From Octopus sinensis (Eukaryota), in NCBI RefSeq assembly GCF_006345805.1, contig NC_043012.1:35154001-35218000 (forward strand): DNA of 64,000 nucleotides. The letters are read 5' to 3'. Positions 56,837-64,000 of the stretch are shown one piece after another. Position 1 is the first letter of the stretch. Each line of letters begins with the position of its first letter. The notes under the pieces are model-generated. The model made no database searches, was not told where the DNA came from, and worked only from the letters and a program-made list of their open reading frames with translations. Position numbers and translations under genes: made by a program.

Positions 56837-56848
56837 CTTTATTACACT
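56837..56848 (+). CDS. Four-TM protein micro-exon 6 (12 nt, LYYT)
   Basis: ctttgtcatttcag|CTTTATTACACT|gtaagt; symmetric phase 0-0; flanks are paralogous to those of micro-exon 4. Confidence 0.65.
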
Positions 56849-57599
56849 GTAAGTACAAACTTTACGTTTACATTTCTGGGACAATATTTAAGAGATAAGG
56901 AGGGGAAAAACCCGAGGAATATCGAAGAAAATACATTCTGTTAATTATTCTGGGCGATTTACATCCATTTTTAAAACAAAACTATTTCATAGGATAAACA
57001 TACATGCAGACACACACACACACACACGCAAGCACGCTCGCCCGCACACATACACACAACACACACGTGCGCTTATATGTTAATGATGCACATAAATACA
57101 TGGCAGGTATACATAATACTGAAGTGCTCATAAAGTAAACACATACAGACAAATATATAAATACACCAAAATTTAAAAAATAATGATAATATACAATCAA
57201 TGAAGAGACAAAAAAAAGAGTAAGATGATACATGTTGATTTTATTAGGTATTTCTGTTTATTTAGAAACCTACAATGAACAGATCATTTCACAGACGCTA
57301 AACTATAAATTTCACAGGGTACAACCTTAAAGTTGACACCACTCCGCGAAACGCAGAAAATTCCTGTCTCGCTATTGGCTAAAAGTACCCACTTTTTTTC
57401 CGATTATTAAACCTCTGTAATCTATTCCTCCAATTTTTTTCTCCACAACAGCATAACTTCACAGCAATGAAGCTGAAAGGCTGCATTATTAAAGCCGATT
57501 TTCAGATTTTTTACTTCTTTTTAAAAAATGCATATTTTGCGAATGAAAAAACTAGATCCGGCATGCCAAACCTAATAGCACCATCTGGGTGGTATATAA

Positions 57600-57831
57600 G
57601 GCGGCGAGCTGGCAGAATCGTTAGCACGCCGGGCGAAATGCGTAGCCGTATTTCGTCTGCCGTTACGTTCTGAGTTCAAATTCCGCCGAGGTCGACTTTG
57701 TCTTTCATCTTTTCGAGGTCGATAAATTAAGTACCAATTACGCACTGGGGTCGATGTAATTAACTTAATCCGTTTGTCTCTCCTTGTTTGCCCCCTCTGT
57801 GTTTAGCCCCTTAGGGGTAGTAAAGAAATAA
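57600..57831 (+). mobile_element. SINE family B copy
   Basis: Intact head ggcggcgagctggcagaatcg plus one module. Confidence 0.88.
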
Positions 57832-57986
57832 GTATATATGCATATATTTATATATATGAATACATATATACACACACACGTTCACACATACACACACTCA
57901 CACACGTAAATGCATACGCACACACGCTCTTATACACACACAAATATATTTGACTGCAGCTTTAAGGCTAAAACAATTTAAAGATT

Positions 57987-58031
<45 letters not shown>

Positions 58032-58179
58032 ATACGTGTGTGTGAGTGTGTGTTTGTGTGTGTAGAAGGTAGAAAAGTAGCACACGAGTTGATATGTATA
58101 ATGAAAATAAGACAAGGTAGAAAATGCTAAAATAATTTTATCATGGAGTACATTTTAGTACCGTTTTCTCTTTTTAGTC

Positions 58180-58272
58180 TTTTCAACTAAGTGTAATATA
58201 TGAAAAAACAATTAAATTGGAGAAAAAGAATAAATGAAATGTTTTGTAGATATTTTCATAGTCATCAGATAG

Positions 58273-58323
<51 letters not shown>

Positions 58324-58965
58324 CTCTCTCTCTCTCTGTATTCCTTTGTGAATGCCTGGTAGGTAGGTAGTAAACTTGAAGGAATAGTTTGGATACAGAG
58401 AATTGATGGTTTAAGCAGGAGTAGCCGAGGGAGAAGAAGAAGAAGGAGGGGGGGGGGAGGAGGAGGAGAAGGAAAAGATGAAGGAGGAAGGGAAGTAAGA
58501 GTAGGGAAAGAAGAGGAGGATGGAGAAAGAAAAGAAATGTACAGGAGTGTTGTGCCACAGTAAGTTGTTTGTGGAATCTTCTTTAATGGTCAATTGACCT
58601 AAAAGTGACCTGTTGTGGTCGTAGCAGTAGTGGTTGGAAATTTCTAAATTCTTGTAGTAGTTCTATCTGTGGTGGTGGGGGAATCCAAAAAAGGTTTATA
58701 TTTTGCAATAAAATATGCTTCTTTGCTGCTGCGCCGATTATAGAATTTATAGCGGGGAAAAAATTCTAAAGTTGGATTGTTCGTTAGTGGTGTAAATATC
58801 TACGTGCTCCCTTAATCCTATTTTTCTGTATTCTCGTATTTTAATCTGGGATCGATGTACCGTTTACCTATTTAAAGACTATGGAAATATCTACTAAACA
58901 TTTCACTTAATTTTTTTCTCCAATTTAATTGTTTTTCTTATTTTACTCTTAGCTGAAATTATGAA
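58180..58965 (-). mobile_element. Penelope-like relic with ~85-bp inverted flanks
   Basis: Minus-strand GIY-YIG C-terminus TVHRSQIKIREYR..HVDI..FRIF..KEAYFIAKYKP (~58690-58864). 58180-58263 is the inverted copy of 58877-58964. Confidence 0.6.
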
Positions 58966-59128
58966 GTATATTTGCCACCTAAATGTGGCGGACTCATAGG
59001 TGACGATGCTACTGTTGTTTTTAGCCCTAGGAAGACATCTCCTCCAGCTGGCTAATGACACGCTGTCTGTGTCCGATTAGTATTTGCGAAGGGATATCAC
59101 CATTCCCATCTCTAGCCTTACGTGATAC

Positions 59129-59171
59129 ATGCGGACCCGGGTTTCTGTGTAGTAACCCGTCATCAGCGTGT
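59129..59171 (-). ncRNA. Minimal hammerhead ribozyme motif (inverted partner)
   Basis: acacg-CTGATGA-cgggttactacaca-GAAA-cccggg-TC-cgcat; palindromic stem III; stem II partly decayed. Confidence 0.55.
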
Positions 59172-59313
59172 GACAATCACCAGCCAGGTATGAGAACTCA
59201 TTCCAAACGCAAAATACTATATGCTTTTTTCAGTGACAAACTGTCGCTGCTCTGGAAAAAGCATACAATATTTTGCGTTTGGAATAACTTCTCATTGCTA
59301 GCTGGTGATTGCC

Positions 59314-59356
59314 ATACGCTGATGACGGGTTAATACCCAGAAACCCAGGTCTGTGT
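59314..59356 (+). ncRNA. Minimal hammerhead ribozyme motif
   Basis: atacg-CTGATGA-c gggt taat accc a-GAAA-cccagg-TC-tgtgt. Confidence 0.65.
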
Positions 59357-59532
59357 GCATCATGTAAGGTTAGAGAGGGGAACGATAATTTCCCTTTGCA
59401 AATAATAATTGGACACAGGCAGTGTGTCGTTAACCAGCTCTTGTTGGCTAACGACCCACTGCCTTTTACAGCCCAGCTCTCTCTCTTTCTCAGTATATTT
59501 TTATTGTATATTGTTTGTTTATTATTTTACAG

Positions 59533-59643
59533 GGTAATAAAACCATTCTAGCTTTGAGCATCATCTCTCTGCTGCTGCTTATCCTAGTTATGCTCGTTTT
59601 AGGCCTACTTTTATTCATCGTCAACCGTTATCGTTCAAGCACT
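59533..59643 (+). CDS. Four-TM protein exon 7 (GNKTILALSIISLLLLILVMLVLGLLLFIVNRYRSST)
   Basis: gtttattattttacag| ... act|gtaagt; 111 nt, phase 0-0; NKT sequon, TM4, then basic RYR. Confidence 0.85.
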
Positions 59644-60089
59644 GTAAGTATCCACCTAAGGCTACCTAAAGTCTGTAATCATAAATCGTATACTTTCTTT
59701 CAGCAGACGATTACTCGTTTTTTACCATTTTATTGTTACATTTTAAAGACACATTGTTGTTTTCAGCAGAGAGCACGAGCTATATCCTAAACACACACGC
59801 GCGCGCACGCGCAAATTTCGAATCCACTTGAATTTTCTGCTGCTATAAAGCATGGTCAGCTGAAGTTACTGAAGTGCTTGCTTAAGGAATACCCAAGCAC
59901 ACATCTCTGTTTTTGCCAGGTCACAAAAGATGCATGTTCTCTAATCACAGGAAGTAGGATCCGAACTCAAAATGCTTAGAGCTAAAAGAAACAATGCCTT
60001 TCATTTGACTCTGTGACATTTCACTTGTCCTTAGTCCTGGACTGCTTCTTTATTTTCAATGCCCCTCCTCCTCTTCTTCCTCCTCTTCA

Positions 60090-60533
60090 TCATCATTTAA
60101 AATTTGTGTTCCATACTGGCATAGGTTGGACGATCCCACTGAATCCGGTGAGCCAGGAGATTGCGCACAGCTCCAATGTCCGTTCCACACCAGGCCGTTC
60201 TTCCTAACGCCAACCAGTTTACGAAGTTTACTTAATGTTTCTTTATTGCTTTTCTCATGACACCAGCACTAGTGAGGTTGCCAGATACGATACAAAACAA
60301 GACCACTTAGGCGAGAATGGCTGGGTGTGGGTAGATTTGAGGGATGTGGTCTGTGCCAGGTGATGAGAGGCGAAAATATGATAGCAAGATAGGAACAGGT
60401 GTCTTATTGTAGAGCAAATTCAGTGGTTCCTCAGCAGAAAGAAGATATAGGAGCTCAATGCAGTCCTATAGTTTGATGGATCCCGTCAAACCACCCAACC
60501 CATACCAGCATGGAAAATGGACGTTAAATGATG
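60090..60533. repeat. Inverted pair of SINE/RTE-type 3' ends with (GAT)n tails; Nin-domain-like core on the minus strand
   Basis: catcatttaa..ttccatactggcataggttgg mirrored by ccaacccataccagcatggaaaatggacgttaaatgatg; ttcctaacgccaacc core. Related fragment at ~2080-2165. Confidence 0.5.
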
Positions 60534-60588
60534 GTAATAATCATATTATAATATATATATATTCTATATATATATATATATATACTAT

Positions 60589-60626
<38 letters not shown>

Positions 60627-60769
60627 GAGAGAGGTGAATACTTGATAGCTAACTGGCATATACAGGTGCTTACAGCTATCAACTATTCACCCTGAATTTT
60701 TTGTTTATATAGATAGATAGATAGATGCAAATATATATATACATACATACATGTATACATATGTATATA

Positions 60770-61250
60770 CTAGTTGACGTACCCCGTAATTCCCGGGAAA
60801 GCGTGGCTTATCCCTTGGTTCTGCTCTCATAATTGTTTCGCTAATCCAGTAACAGCAATACAAAATATATAGCCCTTAAAACAGTTTTTGTGCATTTATT
60901 GAGAATACCGAACTGTCTTACACAGGATCTTGTTTTTAAGAATTCCCAATAAGTTATGAATACTCAAATTGTAAAGTCAGTTATGTAATAACATGAAATT
61001 AATTACCCGATAGTAAGAATTCAAATAAAGTAGCCCCGAAAAGGGCTTTAATACATTCCCAGAGTATAAAGAACTTGGGAGGAAATACTAATAAGGTATG
61101 TATACTAAAATCGTGAAGCATGTTATGTAATAACAGGCTAATCAGATATGACATAATAACAATTCAAAGTAAATAACTCTGAAAAAAGCTTTTATACGAT
61201 CGCAGAGAATATTACCCTCAGTGGCGCTAGTGTTGGTATATACCTGATGG
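60770..61250 (-). mobile_element. Possible Helitron-derived element (3' end and internal ~115-bp repeats)
   Basis: Minus strand cccgggaattacgggg hairpin then ctag|t; repeated gttatgtaataac unit. Far boundary uncertain. Confidence 0.4.
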
Positions 61251-62047
61251 AGATATCCGTTGTTGTTATTAGGTATAACTCCTTCGGCCAACACCGCCGA
61301 TCAAAAAGTCATTGTCCCCACTTACTGTCCTATGCATCTAATGAAGGGAACTACAAACACATAGAACCCAATAAGTCACTAAAATGTAAGCCTAAAGACT
61401 TAAAGAACTTTTTTCCCTTTTTCTTTTTTTTTTTTCCTTTCTTTTCCCTCTAAAATCATTCTGAAGATGTTTGTTAAATGTAACGAGGTAAATGTAAATT
61501 TACTCCGATTTGATAAACAGAAGCAGCTGTAAATGGTTCCGAACTACAATTAAACAGTGACTTTTTAACACCAATGATCAACTTCTCGTTGTTAATTCTT
61601 ACTCCATTTCTTTTCTTTTGCATATAATTAAAACACGGTTTTACATTTAAATTACCTAGCACCGTATACCTTATAGCTAGGACTATACAGAGTGAGGTAA
61701 TTCACCAGGAGTGGCCATGCTGGGGGAATGCCTTGAAGAGTCTTTAGTCTAATGAATCGACTCCAGTACTTGTTTTTTTAATACCTTGTACTTATTCCAT
61801 TTGCTTCTTTTGCTAAACCGCTCGGTTGCGGCGATGTAAACACACCAACATCGGCTGTCAAGCGGGTGTGGATAACTTTACATAAATACTTATATATGTA
61901 TTTATATATATATACATATACACACAGACACACACATATATTAATAATGGATAATTTGTTTTTAAAACTTTGTCAGTGAAGCATATAAGCATAGACTTAT
62001 TAAAGTGAAATCATATATAATGTATGTATATATATATATATATAGTG

Positions 62048-62152
<105 letters not shown>

Positions 62153-62165
62153 TATATCATATATA

Positions 62166-62515
62166 AAAATAAATATAAGAGAGTGGTCACTATATGGCTC
62201 ACTCTAGCACTAGTTAATCCAAAAGGTTTCAACCACCAAAAATACATGTTCCCATGAAAGTCAGTACGATTGTTAGCTCACACGGACAGGGCAAATAAAA
62301 ATAACAAAATACAGATTATTTTGGGACAATTGTTTCGCTATTAAAGCGAAACAATTGTCCCAAATAATCTGTATTTGTTATTTTTATTTGCCCTGTCCGT
62401 GTGAGTAACAATCGTACTGACTTTCATGGGAAACATGTATTTTTGTGGTTGAAACCTTTTGGATTAACTAGTGCTAGAGTGAGCCATATAGTGACCACTC
62501 TCTTATATTTATTTT
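62166..62515. repeat. Near-perfect palindrome (~175-bp arms, 5-nt loop)
   Basis: Centre tttcgct-attaa-agcgaaa; arms differ mainly by 1-bp indels. Confidence 0.95.
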
Positions 62516-62637
62516 GTAAAAAATATTATAATATATTATAAAATATTATAATAATCCAGGTTTCTCGGAGCACTAGGCCACTTGGTGTTGAATAGAATAC
62601 TATTAAATTAGTATCTAATTCTCTCACCCTTATTAAT

Positions 62638-62679
<42 letters not shown>

Positions 62680-62796
62680 TATCATCAATCATTAAGCTGT
62701 TAACCCATTTGTAACTTGACAATTTATGCATTTGGTTGGTTTCTCTTTCAAGTATATTTAATTGGTATTTTGTTTTCAATCTTTTATCTTCCACAG

Positions 62797-62880
62797 ACCC
62801 ACACAACGACAACGTCGACAAGTCACGCAAAGACTGTGACAACCACCACCACCATTGAAACTCCGCCGGCCAGAGCGTAA
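62797..62880 (+). CDS. Four-TM protein terminal exon (THTTTTSTSHAKTVTTTTTIETPPARA*)
   Basis: cttttatcttccacag|; phase 0 matches exon 7; ends TAA; AATAAA follows. Confidence 0.7.
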   Translation, partial: THTTTTSTSHAKTVTTTTTIETPPARA

Positions 62881-62902
62881 AACCATCATGGCCTCCAACA
62901 AC

Positions 62903-62908
62903 AATAAA
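62903..62908 (+). promoter_or_regulatory. Candidate polyadenylation signal AATAAA
   Basis: 22 nt after the stop codon of the predicted terminal exon; could be chance in AT-rich DNA. Confidence 0.4.
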
Positions 62909-63017
62909 AGGCATATTCTGATGCTTTAGTTAAATTTTCATTAACACACACCCACATACACACACACATATATACATATATATATATATACGTGTATATA
63001 TATATCTATGTATACAC

Positions 63018-63080
<63 letters not shown>

Positions 63081-63821
63081 ATCTTTTTCTTTTGCTTTTA
63101 ACATTTGTATGATCTTTAATCGTTTTAAATATATCTTAACTGCTTACATTTCAATTTTTCTTTCCTGAATTACTAAGAAATTTTATCTGCATAAAATATT
63201 TCTTTTCCAAAATCGTTGTGGTGAATTCTTTAAGTTCTTCGTGACAAAACGAAATTGTAATGTCATGCAATGGTGAATGAAGGAAGGAAGGAAGGAACGC
63301 ACGGACGAACGAACGAACGCACGGACGAACGCACAGACGAACGAACGAATGAAGTGAAGGCAAATGCAATGGAGGGTGGAAGGAAGGAATGAGTGGTTCA
63401 CTGAATGGGTAGATGAACGTTTGAATGGACGGATGGATGTGCGGGTGGGATGAGAGGGAGAATGGATGTATGGGTGGATGGCCGGACGGGTGGGTGGATG
63501 GACGGATGAATGATTAATTAAAAGGTGTATAGTTGGGTGAGTGGGTGGGTTGTTAGATAGAAGAATGGGTGAATAAGTTTACTGATGGTTGAGATATGAT
63601 AACGAGGGTCCGATATGTACATATCAGGTGTGGGGGTCATATATGGATAAGGAAGAAACAAACAATAAATCTATATTGATGCTCCATGCTTTAGATGTAC
63701 AACACATCAACACACATACATGTGTATAATTAGATATAAGTAGAGTATATATACATACATTTATACATACATACATACATACATACATACATACATACTA
63801 CATACATAATACATACATGCA

Positions 63822-63880
<59 letters not shown>

Positions 63881-64000
63881 ATATATATAATATATATATA
63901 TTATATAATATAATATATATATATATATATAAAGTATGGGGGTTTAGTTCACAGGTGATCTAAACGACTAGGTACGCTAGGTAAGTGCCGTAACGGATAC

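Larger units (their letters stand above)
59045..59440. repeat. Inverted repeat (~190-bp arms) carrying two hammerhead motifs
   Basis: Arms are reverse complements around ~59240. Confidence 0.9.

Overview
AT-rich, microsatellite-dense eukaryotic genomic DNA. The SINE families and simple-repeat load point to a coleoid cephalopod, probably Octopus (inference). There is one 100-N assembly gap. Almost every ORF in the supplied track is a microsatellite artefact. Reading splice signals directly gives one spliced + strand gene (45340-62880, about 174 aa) encoding a four-transmembrane MS4A/CD20-like protein. Its TM3-TM4 loop appears to be built from three micro-exons (8, 13 and 12 nt), two of which arose by tandem duplication of a micro-exon cassette. 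The rest is repeats: a 3.2-kb 23-bp satellite whose unit carries a consensus 5' splice site, R4/Dong, Hero, CR1/Jockey-type and Penelope retroelement relics, mariner and Helitron derivatives, three tRNA-type SINE families, a TAA-associated non-autonomous element, and several long hairpins, some carrying minimal hammerhead ribozyme motifs. Repeat boundaries were read by eye and are approximate. No database searches were run.
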